A stretch of 64,000 bases of DNA from an uncultured Gammaproteobacteria bacterium (GCA_964424195.1 CAYRHT010000005.1:8864-72863); one strand, 5' to 3'. Counted from the stretch's first letter, positions 1 to 9,842 are shown. Program-made: numbers and translations. The notes: generated from the sequence alone by a model not told the origin.

Positions 1-17
1 GAGAAACGGTTGGGATT

Positions 18-443
18 TTGTTTCTTGATGATAAGACTGAAGTAAAACCAGGAGATGAATTTATAATTAGTTCCTCTGGTAAAAATTGTAATTTTTCTAA
101 TTCTTACATTGTAGAGAGTTATGATAAAGGAAGTAACAATATCGCTACTGTAAGAAGAGGTAATGTTATTCCTCTGAGACATATAGAATTGGAAATTTTA
201 CAGAAAGTAGGCAATCATAATTATTATCTAACTAGTTTTCTTTATCCTCAAAAGAATCTCTCTAAATTAAGAGAATTAAAAACAAAAATATTCTTTTTAA
301 GATTAAAGAGAGGTCGAAGGATTATTAAAAAATCGGCTTACAATGTTTTAAGTTTTGATGGTGATACTTTTGTTTGTGAAATATTTCTTAATCAAATCTT
401 TCTATGGTTTAAGAAAGTATTTTTCTGGCGTAAAAGAAAATAA
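18..443 (+). CDS. hypothetical protein (141 aa), basic C-terminus
   Basis: ORF track only; no recognisable motifs; followed by a hairpin with T-run at 468-500. Confidence 0.3.
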   Translation: MFLDDKTEVKPGDEFIISSSGKNCNFSNSYIVESYDKGSNNIATVRRGNVIPLRHIELEILQKVGNHNYYLTSFLYPQKNLSKLRELKTKIFFLRLKRGRRIIKKSAYNVLSFDGDTFVCEIFLNQIFLWFKKVFFWRKRK

Positions 444-467
444 GTTTATTTAAATGTTATTATTTAA

Positions 468-500
468 TATTAAACTCAGTTCAAAAAGGCTGAGTTTTTT
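468..500 (+). terminator. rho-independent terminator-like hairpin (aactcag...ctgagtt + T-run)
   Basis: inverted repeat followed by TTTTTTATTT read directly. Confidence 0.5.
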
Positions 501-558
501 ATTTCTCAAACTTAGTGTGTTATAATGAAGTTAAGAGAATTATTAATCCCATTATTTT

Positions 559-2391
559 ATGTTTAAAAGATTTAAAACTTTAATTAGTTTCTTGTTAATA
601 GCTAGTTTTTTAATACCTACTTTAAATGTCAGTTCTCAGGAATTTGATCCTGACTTTAATAAAAATGAGATTATTTCTCAATTTCAGATGTTTGATTATA
701 ATTCTATGAGTGAATCTGAAATTCAAAGCTTTTTAGTTTCTAAAAGCTCTTATCTAGCTAATTATTATACTGAAGGTTGGCCAATTAATTGTGATATGAA
801 AACTGGTTCAGATACAAGTAATTGTCAAACTATGATTCGAATGAAAGCTTCAGCTATTATTTATTCTGCAGCTCAAAGATATCGAGTTAATCCTCGATTT
901 ATTTTAACTATGCTTCAAAAAGAACAAGGTTTAATCCAATGGAATGGAACTCCACCACAAAAAAGATTAGATTGGGCTACTGGTTATGCAGTTTGTGATG
1001 GATGCTCTTTAAGTAGTCCTAAAGTAGTTAAATACAAAGGATTTGGTAAACAAATTGATAATGTTGCGGGAGCAATGAGATTTTATTCTGATAATGCTAA
1101 TACTTATGCTTATATCAAAAAAGCAGGAGTATCCTATGCTATTGATGGAGAAGCAATTAAAGCTCAGAATCAACCAACAGCTAATCTATATACTTACACT
1201 CCACATATTAGTGGTAATTATACTTTTTGGAGAGTCTATCAGAGATACTTTGGTGATCCTTTAGCTACTATTAGAGACAAACAGGCTACAATTTCTACGG
1301 AGTATATGGCTCAAATGATTGATAGTAGTGATCAAGAATTAAATGTTAATGAAGGTGAAAAGACAGCAATGTGGGTAGAATATTTAAATATGGGTACTCA
1401 GACTTGGTCTAATGTTAATAAAGAAAGTCTGTATTTAATTGATAGTAAATACAAAGCTCAAATTCCAATGATTTCTAAAACTTCTAGTTTTGTGTTAGAA
1501 GAATCAATGAAGTCAGACATTGCAGTTCATTCTCAAAGAGATGCTGTGGCTCCAGGAGAAGTTCTAAGGTTAACTATTCCTTTGGCTGTTGATTATGAAA
1601 AGTATAGAGCAGGAGAGTATATTTTAGTCCTTAATGGTAAGGGTTGGTTTGCTGATAGTGATATTGGATTTGACTTAACTCGAACTTTCCGTTATGATGC
1701 TCAGTTGACCAAAGGTATTCCAAATGCTTTAGAAGCTCGTAAGAGTAATGCTATTAGAGTAGAATACAAAAATGTTGGTTTAACTGCTTGGTATCGTTCA
1801 GATGTGAAATTACAATGGAAATCTTCTGATTATACTAACTATCAAACTATGAATGAATGGAAAGTTTTACCAGGAGAAATAGCTAGTTTTACTTTTTACT
1901 CTAAAGTTAATGAAGTTGGTGATCATCTCTATGATTTAAGTCTCTGGAAGGATGTGGGTTGGAAATTAAATCAATTTCCAACAGGAACAGCTAGTTTCAA
2001 GACTAATATGACCGTGAAATATGCTGCTAAATTAGTTTATGAAAGTATACCAGAAGAGATAAATTCTGGCAGTGAAAAATATATAATGTTGAGATTTAAA
2101 AATGTAGGAACTGAAGAATGGAATGATGAATTAGTCTTGAGATCATATAGTGATATTAGTCCATTCTCAGCGAGTTATTTTAAACACAATTCTTGGATTT
2201 CAGGATTCGCTGTTGATAAAATTAAAAGAACTGTGAAACCAGGACAAACCTATACTTTTAGATTTAAAGTTAAAGCTCCGGTTTCTAAGTATGTCTATGA
2301 TCAGTATTATCAATTAGAATGGGGACCAGCTTTTAAAGAAATATATATTGATGGAAAATTAACTAAACATTTTGAAACTAGAGTTAAATAG
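559..2391 (+). CDS. secreted hypothetical protein with N-terminal signal peptide and about three repeats of a ~100-aa module (recurring NVGT[EQ]xW motif)
   Basis: N-terminal hydrophobic leader MFKRFKTLISFLLIASFLIPTLNVSSQ; repeated NVGTQTWSN / KNVGLTAWYRSD / KNVGTEEWNDE segments in the translation. Confidence 0.55.
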   Translation: MFKRFKTLISFLLIASFLIPTLNVSSQEFDPDFNKNEIISQFQMFDYNSMSESEIQSFLVSKSSYLANYYTEGWPINCDMKTGSDTSNCQTMIRMKASAIIYSAAQRYRVNPRFILTMLQKEQGLIQWNGTPPQKRLDWATGYAVCDGCSLSSPKVVKYKGFGKQIDNVAGAMRFYSDNANTYAYIKKAGVSYAIDGEAIKAQNQPTANLYTYTPHISGNYTFWRVYQRYFGDPLATIRDKQATISTEYMAQMIDSSDQELNVNEGEKTAMWVEYLNMGTQTWSNVNKESLYLIDSKYKAQIPMISKTSSFVLEESMKSDIAVHSQRDAVAPGEVLRLTIPLAVDYEKYRAGEYILVLNGKGWFADSDIGFDLTRTFRYDAQLTKGIPNALEARKSNAIRVEYKNVGLTAWYRSDVKLQWKSSDYTNYQTMNEWKVLPGEIASFTFYSKVNEVGDHLYDLSLWKDVGWKLNQFPTGTASFKTNMTVKYAAKLVYESIPEEINSGSEKYIMLRFKNVGTEEWNDELVLRSYSDISPFSASYFKHNSWISGFAVDKIKRTVKPGQTYTFRFKVKAPVSKYVYDQYYQLEWGPAFKEIYIDGKLTKHFETRVK

Positions 2392-2403
2392 GAATTAAAA
2401 AAT

Positions 2404-3330
2404 ATGTTAGATATCTATTACAAAAATGCAAAGGATAAGAATTTTAAGAAAACTAAATCACTTCGTGATGGAGCCTGGATTAATATTGATAATGCTCAAA
2501 AAGAAGACTTAGAAAAAATTGTAAAACTAACAGATTTAGACTATGCAGATTTACAAGACGCTTTAGATCCTTATGAATTACCTCGTATTGAGAGACATGA
2601 AGGCAGTGTAATTATTTTTATGAGAAATCCAAGGGATAAGAGTAAGAATGAGTTTTTATACACTCAACCTCTAACTATTATTATTACCAACAAGTATTTT
2701 ATAACCATCTCTATTACTAAGAATAAGATTATAGAACCAATCTTGGAGAAAGGAATTAACTTTGCTACTACTCAAAGACCTCGATTATTAATCTATATTT
2801 TACTAAAGATTGCTCAGAAGTTTACTAGAGAAATTAAGGCTACTAAAAATAATGTTTTATCTCAAAAGAAACATATTAAACATATAGAAAGTTCAGATAT
2901 TGTTAATTTAATTGAAAATGAAGAAATTTTAAATCAATATACTTCATCTTTGAGTCCAATGAAGAGTGTGTTTAAAACAATTGCTAAGGGTAAATATATA
3001 TATTTATTCGAATATGATGAAGATTCATTACAAGATATGATTATTAGTATTAATCAGTCAGTAGATCTTTGTGATGTGAGTATTAAGAGTATTCAATCTC
3101 TCAGAGACTCTTATCAAATTATATTTACTAATAGATTAAACAAGGTTATTAAGTTTTTAACAGCCTTTACTATTATTATGACCATTCCAACCATTATTGC
3201 TAGTGTTTATGGAATGAATGTTAAACTTCCTTTAGCTAATAATCCTTTAGCTTTTATACTTATCTTAATTATTAGTTTTGTAATAGCATTTTTATTCTAT
3301 ATACTCTTTACTAAGAAGAAGTGGATGTAG
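2404..3330 (+). CDS. corA: CorA-family Mg2+/Co2+ transporter
   Basis: C-terminal YGMN motif (VYGMNVKLP) followed by two hydrophobic helices; length ~308 aa typical of CorA. Confidence 0.8.
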   Translation: MLDIYYKNAKDKNFKKTKSLRDGAWINIDNAQKEDLEKIVKLTDLDYADLQDALDPYELPRIERHEGSVIIFMRNPRDKSKNEFLYTQPLTIIITNKYFITISITKNKIIEPILEKGINFATTQRPRLLIYILLKIAQKFTREIKATKNNVLSQKKHIKHIESSDIVNLIENEEILNQYTSSLSPMKSVFKTIAKGKYIYLFEYDEDSLQDMIISINQSVDLCDVSIKSIQSLRDSYQIIFTNRLNKVIKFLTAFTIIMTIPTIIASVYGMNVKLPLANNPLAFILILIISFVIAFLFYILFTKKKWM

Positions 3331-3354
3331 GAGTGAGTTTAAAGTTATAAGTTT

Positions 3355-3389
3355 AAAAAAGACTATCAATTTCTCGATAGTCTTTCTTT
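3355..3389. terminator. bidirectional terminator between corA (+) and typA (-)
   Basis: aaaaaagactatc-aatttctc-gatagtcttt flanked by A-run and T-run. Confidence 0.6.
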
Positions 3390-3406
3390 ATTTAAAGTAT
3401 TTAATA

Positions 3407-5197
3407 TTATTTCTTTCTACTAGCTTTAATTCGATCACTTTCATTTAAATGTTGTTTTCTTAAACGAATATTACTAGGAGTAATTTCTAAATATTCATCT
3501 TCATGCATAATACTCATTCCAGTTTCTAAAGTTAATTCTTTAGGAGGAGTTAAGTTAATAGCTTCATCAGCTCCAGAGGATCTCATATTACTCAATTGTT
3601 TACCTTTAATTGGGTTTACAATTAAATCATTACCTTTAGCTGCATCTCCAATAACCATACCTTCATACACCTCAGTATTAGCTTTGATATAGAGAGCTCC
3701 TCTAGTTTGAAGATTGAATAATGAGAAACCTAGAGCTTTTCCAGTAGCCATAGAGATCATAGAACCTACGGTAGCTTTTTCAATTTCTCCAACATAGGGT
3801 TTAAATCCAACAACTCGAGTATAGATGATTCCTTCTCCCCGAGTATCAACTACAAATTCATTTCGATAACCAAGTAATCCTCGAGTAGGAATTTCAAAAA
3901 CAATTCTAGAATTGTTATGCTCTGGGGACATATTAGTCATATTTCCTTTACGAGCAGAAAGTTTTTGAATAACAGTTCCAGACATTTCTGTAGGAACGGT
4001 AATAGTAACCTCTTCAAATGGTTCTAACTTCTGACCATCTTTTTCTTTAATAATTACATGAGGTTGAGAGATTTGCATTTCATAACCTTCTCTTCTCATA
4101 TTCTCTAAAAGAATAGCAATATGCATTTCACCTCGTCCATAGACTTTGTAATGATCAATAGCATCAAAATCAATCTTTAATCCAACATTAACTTCTAATT
4201 CTTTTTCTAATCTTTCTTTTAATTGACTATTAGTAACAAACTTTCCATCTTTACCTGAGAAAGGAGAATTGTTAATTAAGAGGTTTAAAGAAATAGTTGG
4301 TTCATCAATACTAATAGCTGGAAGAGCTTCTTGCTTTTCATTATTACAAATAGTTTCTCCAATAAATATATCAGGAAGTCCAGCTACCATTACAATATCT
4401 CCAGCTTGAGCAGATTCAACTTCTTTCCTATTCAAGCCTTCAAAAGTAAATAGTTTAGTAATTTTACCCTTACGAGTTTTTCCTTCAGCATCTTTAATGA
4501 TAATTTGAGAAGCATTTTTAACCTCTCCTTCATAAATTCTACCAATAGCTAATCTTCCCAAGAAGTTATCATAGGCTAGATTAAAAGCTTGCATTCGTAA
4601 AGGTTTAGCTTGAATTTCTTCACCAGAAGCAATAGCAACTTCTTCTAATATTGTATCTAAAAGAGGAGTAAGGTCTTGAGAATTGTCTTCTAGTTCTTTC
4701 TTAGCAATTCCATCACGAGCAATACTGTAAAGGGTAGTAAAATCTAATTGTTCATCACTAGCTCCTAAATCAAAGAAAAGTTCAAAAACTAATTCTTCTA
4801 CAATATTTGGTCGGGCAGCCTCTTTATCAATCTTGTTTAATACTACAATTGGTTTTAATCCTAATTCTAAAGATTTCTTTAAAACAAATTTAGTTTGAGG
4901 CATTGGTCCTTCTTGAGCATCTACAACTAAAAGCACTGAATCAATAGATCTTAATACTCGTTCTACTTCAGAACCAAAATCAGCATGGCCCGGAGTGTCC
5001 ACGATATTAATCTTAGTATCTTTGTAATATACTGAAGTATTTTTAGAATAAATTGTAATACCTCTTTCTTTTTCTAATGTGTCACTATCCATGCTGTCTC
5101 CCTCTTTGGACATTCCAGTTTGTTTCATTAAGGCATCAGTCAAAGCTGTTTTCCCATGGTCAACGTGAGCAATGATAGCGATATTTCTTATTTCCAT
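3407..5197 (-). CDS. typA: translational GTPase TypA/BipA
   Basis: N-terminus IRNIAIIAHVDHGKTALTD (G1 motif), DTPGHADF (G3), NKIDK (G4); ~596 aa EF-G-like architecture. Confidence 0.9.
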   Translation of the reverse strand: MEIRNIAIIAHVDHGKTALTDALMKQTGMSKEGDSMDSDTLEKERGITIYSKNTSVYYKDTKINIVDTPGHADFGSEVERVLRSIDSVLLVVDAQEGPMPQTKFVLKKSLELGLKPIVVLNKIDKEAARPNIVEELVFELFFDLGASDEQLDFTTLYSIARDGIAKKELEDNSQDLTPLLDTILEEVAIASGEEIQAKPLRMQAFNLAYDNFLGRLAIGRIYEGEVKNASQIIIKDAEGKTRKGKITKLFTFEGLNRKEVESAQAGDIVMVAGLPDIFIGETICNNEKQEALPAISIDEPTISLNLLINNSPFSGKDGKFVTNSQLKERLEKELEVNVGLKIDFDAIDHYKVYGRGEMHIAILLENMRREGYEMQISQPHVIIKEKDGQKLEPFEEVTITVPTEMSGTVIQKLSARKGNMTNMSPEHNNSRIVFEIPTRGLLGYRNEFVVDTRGEGIIYTRVVGFKPYVGEIEKATVGSMISMATGKALGFSLFNLQTRGALYIKANTEVYEGMVIGDAAKGNDLIVNPIKGKQLSNMRSSGADEAINLTPPKELTLETGMSIMHEDEYLEITPSNIRLRKQHLNESDRIKASRKK

Positions 5198-5379
5198 ATT
5201 TTTTAAAATTAAAACCGCTTCTTAAAAGCGGATCAAGGCTTTAAATTTAACTTGTACCCTTATGTATACTATATTTTACTTAAAAAGTAAAGAGTAAGAC
5301 CTGTTTTAAGTGTATTAAATACCTTTACAAGTCTAATGAAAAAGATTAAGATAGGGGTAAATAAAAAATAGGAGGAAAA

Positions 5380-6099
5380 ATGAAAAAGATACTTTTAGTA
5401 GTAGTATTCTTTGTTTATGCTTTTACTTTTTTAGGAGCAACTGATTTTACAAAAATAAACAAAGAAGATGCTGTTGGTTGTGATTGGATAGAATTTGATG
5501 ATACAAGTGCTTTGTATCAGGAAGAAAAGGATATATTGAAATTTGTTTTGGAAAATCCAGAAGATATTTTAATTTTTTCCTATTCTGCCGTTGGTCATGA
5601 AAGATTAAATTTCTTTTTCCATCAAGAATTAAAAGAGTATACTAAGTTAATTAAATTTAGTAAGGGTAAATACTACATAGCTAACCATGTTGGACAAATA
5701 ATGGAGGAAAAGAAGTTTTCTTGGCATATATTATTTTTAATAATTTCTATTATTGGGATGATCAATTTAAATAGAATAGTTAAGAATAAAGTTGAAAAAA
5801 TAGCAAACGGAGACGACATGATGTTTGCTGCATTAGCCTTGGTTTTTGGAGGATTTTTTATGATGAATAGTTCCTTAGTAGGAACAATGAGATTTATTTC
5901 TATGTTAATTCCGACTATTGTTTTTGGAGCATATTTCAGTTTACGAATAAGTATCAGGTCTTGTGAATTCTATGAAGAACTTGAAGATAAAAGCGATGAT
6001 CCTAATTTAGAATCATGCAGAATGTTTTATAAGGTTTATAAAATATTCAGTATTCTTTATTACCCACTAGCAGTCTTTTTCTTATTTTATAAGCTCTAG
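5380..6099 (+). CDS. hypothetical membrane protein (signal/TM at N-terminus, 3-4 internal TM helices)
   Basis: RBS aggagg upstream; hydrophobic segments in translation. Confidence 0.5.
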   Translation: MKKILLVVVFFVYAFTFLGATDFTKINKEDAVGCDWIEFDDTSALYQEEKDILKFVLENPEDILIFSYSAVGHERLNFFFHQELKEYTKLIKFSKGKYYIANHVGQIMEEKKFSWHILFLIISIIGMINLNRIVKNKVEKIANGDDMMFAALALVFGGFFMMNSSLVGTMRFISMLIPTIVFGAYFSLRISIRSCEFYEELEDKSDDPNLESCRMFYKVYKIFSILYYPLAVFFLFYKL

Positions 6100-6117
6100 A
6101 ATTTTTTTAAAATTAAA

Positions 6118-6150
6118 ACTCGGTCTAATTAAAATAGTCCGAGTTTTTTA
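6118..6150. terminator. bidirectional terminator hairpin (actcgg...ccgagt + T-run)
   Basis: inverted repeat with flanking A/T runs between convergent ORFs. Confidence 0.55.
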
Positions 6151-6155
6151 TTTAA

Positions 6156-6380
6156 CTATTTTAAGTGGACCAAAAGTCTTTTTAAATACTTTTCATCAAT
6201 TTCAGATATTTTGTAATCTCTTCTCAGTTTCATAATAACATTATATAGTTCCATGTAAGATATTCCACCACCACCAGAGAACTTTTTTAATTCATTAAAT
6301 ACTAAACTCCTTTCTTTATCAGTTAAAGAAGTTATTTTTAAGAGCTCTTTTCTTAATTCAATTAAATTATATTGTTTCAT
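6156..6380 (-). CDS. small hypothetical protein (74 aa)
   Basis: ORF only; terminator downstream. Confidence 0.35.
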   Translation of the reverse strand: MKQYNLIELRKELLKITSLTDKERSLVFNELKKFSGGGGISYMELYNVIMKLRRDYKISEIDEKYLKRLLVHLK

Positions 6381-6458
6381 CTTATTTAAATGTTATTAAT
6401 TATATTTTAAGTATAGCAAATTTAGACTTAAGTCTAAATGTGTTATAATACTTGCACT

Positions 6459-8432
6459 ATGCAAGAAATAGATTTTCAAAAAGAGCTCAATCAAGAGCAA
6501 TACAAAGTGGTGAGTGCGGGTGATGGCCCTCACTTAGTTTTGGCTGGAGCTGGTTCGGGAAAGACTAGAACTTTAGTCTATCGAGTAGCTTGGCTATTAT
6601 CTCAAGGAGTAAGTCCGGAGAAAATTCTTTTAGTTACTTTTACTAACAAAGCTGCTCGAGAAATGATGGACCGAGTTCGGTCATTATTAATGTTGCCCGA
6701 AGATGAAAAAATTAGTCTTTGGGGTGGAACATTTCATTCTCTGGCTCATCGCCTATTAAGAATTTATGGAAAACAAATTGGAATTGCTACAGACTTTGTT
6801 ATTTTAGATGCTGAAGATAGTAAAACCTTAATTAAAGAAATTTCTAAGGAATATTTTAAAAATGTAGAATTAAAACATAAGCCTTCAGTTAATTTATTAA
6901 GAGAGGCAATTAGTTTTGCAATTAATTCAGACATTTCTTTAAAAGAAAGTGTAGGTATTAAATTTCCAGAATGGAAATCATTGCTTGGTGCTTTTGAAAC
7001 TATCGACAAAGAATATGCTGAAAGAAAAAAGAAGAATAAGTTTTTAGACTTTGATGATTTATTATTCTATTGGAAAAAGCTAACTTTAAATCCAGATATC
7101 ATGAAAAAGTTTTCTGAGAAATGGCAATATGTTTTAGTTGATGAATATCAGGATACTAATTCTATTCAAGCTGAGATTGTATATAATTTAGCTCAGAAAC
7201 ATCAGAATATAATTGTAGTTGGTGATGACGCTCAGAGTATTTATTCTTTTCGAGCAGCGGATGTAAAAAATATATTAGAATTTCCAGATCTTTTTAAAAA
7301 ATGTCAGATTCATAAATTAGAAACCAATTATCGTTCTAGTTCAGAGATAGTTAGTTTGGCTAATAATGTTATTAAAGAAAATCAAAATCAGTTCTTTAAA
7401 AACCTCAGAGCTAGTAAAGGCGGCTTTATTAAGCCTGTTTTAGTAGCTTCTAAAAGTACCCGAGAAGAAGCTTATTTCGTAGCAGATAAGATTGAAGAAC
7501 TTATTGAAGATGGAATGCCACATAAAGAGATAGCTGTTTTATTCAGAGCAGCTAATCATTCTCAGTTATTAGAAATGGAATTGAATCGGAGAGGTATTAG
7601 TTATGAGATGCGAGGAGGATTTAGATTTTTTGAGAGAGCTCATATTAAAGATGTGATTGCCTATTTAAGAATTATTCATAACATCAAAGATGAAATTGCT
7701 TGGTCACGAGTCTTGAAACTTTATGAAGGAATTGGAATTGCTACAGTTAAGAAAATTTATGAGCAAGTTTCTCAGATGAGAGACTTGGAAGATTTATTAG
7801 CTTTGAATATAAAAATATCTGGAAAGGCTAAAGTTTCTTGGGATCAATTCTTTCAAGTACTTCAGATATTGGATAAGCACAAGAAAGATAGTCCAGAAAA
7901 ATTATTAAGATTGATAATTGATTTTTATACTCCTTATGTAATGGCCGAGTATACTGATTATCGACAAAGAAAAGATGATTTAAATCAATTAGCATTTTTT
8001 ACTATTAGTTATACTGAATTAGAATTATTCTTAGCAGAAGTTGCTCTCCAAGAAAGCTTTAGTTTGAAATCTAAGGAGGATAAAGTTCAGAAAGTTATTC
8101 TAAGCACAGTTCATCAAGCCAAAGGATTAGAATGGAATGCAGTTTTTGTTTTAAATTTGTCTAATCAAGGATTTCCACATCCTCGTTGTGTGGAACAACA
8201 TGAATATGAAGAAGAAAGAAGATTATTTTATGTAGCAATTACTCGAGCTAAAGAATATTTATTTCTTTCTTATCCAACTTCAATTTATAGGTATGGGTCT
8301 TATGAAAATTTAGAACCTTCAGATTTTATTAAGAATATTAACAAAGATTTATTAAATTATAATGAGCTTGCTCATCGAGTTCGAGAGTCATCAGGGAGTG
8401 GAGTACAATATATTGAATCTTCAGATTGGTAA
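6459..8432 (+). CDS. UvrD/PcrA/Rep-type superfamily-1 ATP-dependent DNA helicase (start may be 6438)
   Basis: LNQEQYKVV...HLVLAGAGSGKTRTLVYR (motif I/Walker A), VDEYQDTN (motif II), VGDDAQSIY, C-terminal VHQAKGLEW..LFYVAITRAK motifs. Confidence 0.85.
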   Translation: MQEIDFQKELNQEQYKVVSAGDGPHLVLAGAGSGKTRTLVYRVAWLLSQGVSPEKILLVTFTNKAAREMMDRVRSLLMLPEDEKISLWGGTFHSLAHRLLRIYGKQIGIATDFVILDAEDSKTLIKEISKEYFKNVELKHKPSVNLLREAISFAINSDISLKESVGIKFPEWKSLLGAFETIDKEYAERKKKNKFLDFDDLLFYWKKLTLNPDIMKKFSEKWQYVLVDEYQDTNSIQAEIVYNLAQKHQNIIVVGDDAQSIYSFRAADVKNILEFPDLFKKCQIHKLETNYRSSSEIVSLANNVIKENQNQFFKNLRASKGGFIKPVLVASKSTREEAYFVADKIEELIEDGMPHKEIAVLFRAANHSQLLEMELNRRGISYEMRGGFRFFERAHIKDVIAYLRIIHNIKDEIAWSRVLKLYEGIGIATVKKIYEQVSQMRDLEDLLALNIKISGKAKVSWDQFFQVLQILDKHKKDSPEKLLRLIIDFYTPYVMAEYTDYRQRKDDLNQLAFFTISYTELELFLAEVALQESFSLKSKEDKVQKVILSTVHQAKGLEWNAVFVLNLSNQGFPHPRCVEQHEYEEERRLFYVAITRAKEYLFLSYPTSIYRYGSYENLEPSDFIKNINKDLLNYNELAHRVRESSGSGVQYIESSDW

Positions 8433-8461
8433 AATTTTATTTTTAGGTTTATAATATAGAC

Positions 8462-9250
8462 ATGGTAAAAAAGGATACAATAGTTTTGGATCTGGAAACC
8501 AAGAAGACCTTTGACGAGGTTGGTGGTCAACACAATAAGCACTTATTAGGTGTTTCTTTTGTTGGAGTTTATTCTTATAACCAAAAAAAGTATTTAGGAT
8601 TTAAAGAAGATCAATTTGATGAACTTTTAGAGCTATTTAAAAACACAGAGTTGGTAATTGGTTTTAATAGTAAGTATTTTGATTTACCAGTTTTACAACC
8701 TTACTATGATAACTTTGATCTTTTAAAAATTCCACACTTAGACATTCTAGAAGAGATAACAAATAGTCTAGGACATCGTTTAAAATTAGAAAGCATTGCT
8801 CAAAGCACTTTAGGTTATGGAAAATCTGGCAGTGGCTTAGATGCTATTAAGTATTTTAGAGAGAATGATTGGGAGTCTTTAATAAAGTATTGTTTAGATG
8901 ATGTAAAGGTAACCATGGAAGTATATGAATATGGTTTAGCTCATGGACATATTCTTTATACTAATTATGGTAAAAAAGAACAAATTCCAATTTCCTGGGC
9001 AAAAAAAGAGGATATTAAAATTGAGGATTTAATTCAAGATGCTTTTAAAAAAGGAGAACAATTAGAAATAGATTATATAGATGATGAAGGTAATGTCTCC
9101 AAAAGAAAGATTGATATTAAGCGTATAGATGGAACAATGATTAAAGCTCATTGTCATTTACGAGATGCGATTCGAAAGTTTGATTTGTATAAGATCAAGA
9201 AAGCTAAGATAGTTGGTAAGATGGCTAATTTCCAAGGATTCTTATTCTAA
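8462..9250 (+). CDS. DEDDy-type 3'-5' exonuclease domain fused to a C-terminal WYL-like domain
   Basis: Exo I LDLET, Exo II FNSKYFDLPVL, Exo III YCLDDV (tyrosine variant); C-terminal ...KAHCHLRDAIRKFDLYKIKKAKI resembles the WYL-domain conserved core. Confidence 0.6.
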   Translation: MVKKDTIVLDLETKKTFDEVGGQHNKHLLGVSFVGVYSYNQKKYLGFKEDQFDELLELFKNTELVIGFNSKYFDLPVLQPYYDNFDLLKIPHLDILEEITNSLGHRLKLESIAQSTLGYGKSGSGLDAIKYFRENDWESLIKYCLDDVKVTMEVYEYGLAHGHILYTNYGKKEQIPISWAKKEDIKIEDLIQDAFKKGEQLEIDYIDDEGNVSKRKIDIKRIDGTMIKAHCHLRDAIRKFDLYKIKKAKIVGKMANFQGFLF

Positions 9251-9295
9251 TCTATGTTATTTTATTAGAGCTACTTTGAAGAAGTAGTTTTTTTG

Positions 9296-9336
9296 TTAAA
9301 TAAAAAAACAGCTCCCTCTTCATATTAATATGAAAT
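9296..9336. terminator. bidirectional terminator (tccctc...gaggga flanked by A-run and T-run)
   Basis: aaaaaacagctccctcttcatattaatatgaaattgagggaactg. Confidence 0.55.
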
Positions 9337-9428
9337 TGAGGGAACTGAGTGAAATCTTTGTTCTGATTTAGTAGGATTTTTGTTTACCGTCCAATCTATA
9401 AATTTGGTTCCTAACAACAAATGTTAAT

Positions 9429-9689
9429 TTATAGACAGACTGATGTCGAAGTTTTTCTGCTCCAGAATTCCTGACAATGATTTTCAAGGCTTGATTCTTT
9501 AGGAATAGATAGAATAAGCTGGTTTCGAAATCCATTTTCTTCTCTTCTGGAGGGTAATTCCGGCATCATAGCTATTTGATCAATTTCTGAATCTAATGAG
9601 ATTAACGGGGACCGATCAGGTACAACAAGATAAGTTCGGTTTTCCATAGGATTACTCATTAGTAGAAAGCAAAACAGCAATATATGCAT
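9429..9689 (-). CDS. small hypothetical protein (86 aa) with hydrophobic N-terminus; strong RBS
   Basis: aaggagga 6 nt upstream of ATG on minus strand; flanked by terminator at 9296-9336; no family recognised. Confidence 0.35.
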   Translation of the reverse strand: MHILLFCFLLMSNPMENRTYLVVPDRSPLISLDSEIDQIAMMPELPSRREENGFRNQLILSIPKESSLENHCQEFWSRKTSTSVCL

Positions 9690-9842
9690 TTATCCTCCTT
9701 TATTTTTTTACAATATAAAAATATTAGCGTATTATAAAAATATTGTCAAATCTATATATTTCATTTAGTGAATAAGGTCTTGACAAAATAGCTAAAAAAG
9801 GCTAAGATAAGCTATTAATTAATATCTGACACTAATACATTA

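Noticed and set aside
5199-5240. Hairpin aaccgcttcttaaaagcggat immediately upstream of typA start as an attenuator
   Set aside because: Short 6-bp stem in AT-rich context. No supporting leader peptide or alternative structure.
6438-6458. Upstream ATG start (MCYNTCTM...) for the helicase
   Set aside because: The helicase family N-terminus normally begins close to the LNxxQ motif. The second ATG (6459) is the more plausible start, though this cannot be settled from sequence alone.
6764-7009. Antisense or shadow ORFs from the six-frame track (6764-7009-, 11559-11765-, 12720-12944-, 13608-13835-, 15879-16142-, 21565-21756+, 26984-27580-, 32308-32508-, 33053-33295-, 33556-33810-, 35963-36199-, 36522-36713-, 38773-39036-, 40316-40504-, 44645-44885-, 46358-46555-, 46443-46853+, 46604-46834-, 47361-47555-, 49286-49510+, 54136-54339-, 60701-60895+, 62806-63048+, 63439-63630+)
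   Set aside because: Each lies inside and opposite, or out of frame to, a longer ORF with recognisable motifs or better context. They are low-complexity, AT-rich codon artefacts.
9300-9700. tmRNA / RNase P RNA in the slightly GC-richer intergenic block (ggtttcgaaatcc looks T-loop-like)
   Set aside because: No acceptor stem pairing, no tag-reading-frame context, none of the RNase P P4 conserved strings. The region is better explained by the RBS-preceded small ORF plus terminators.
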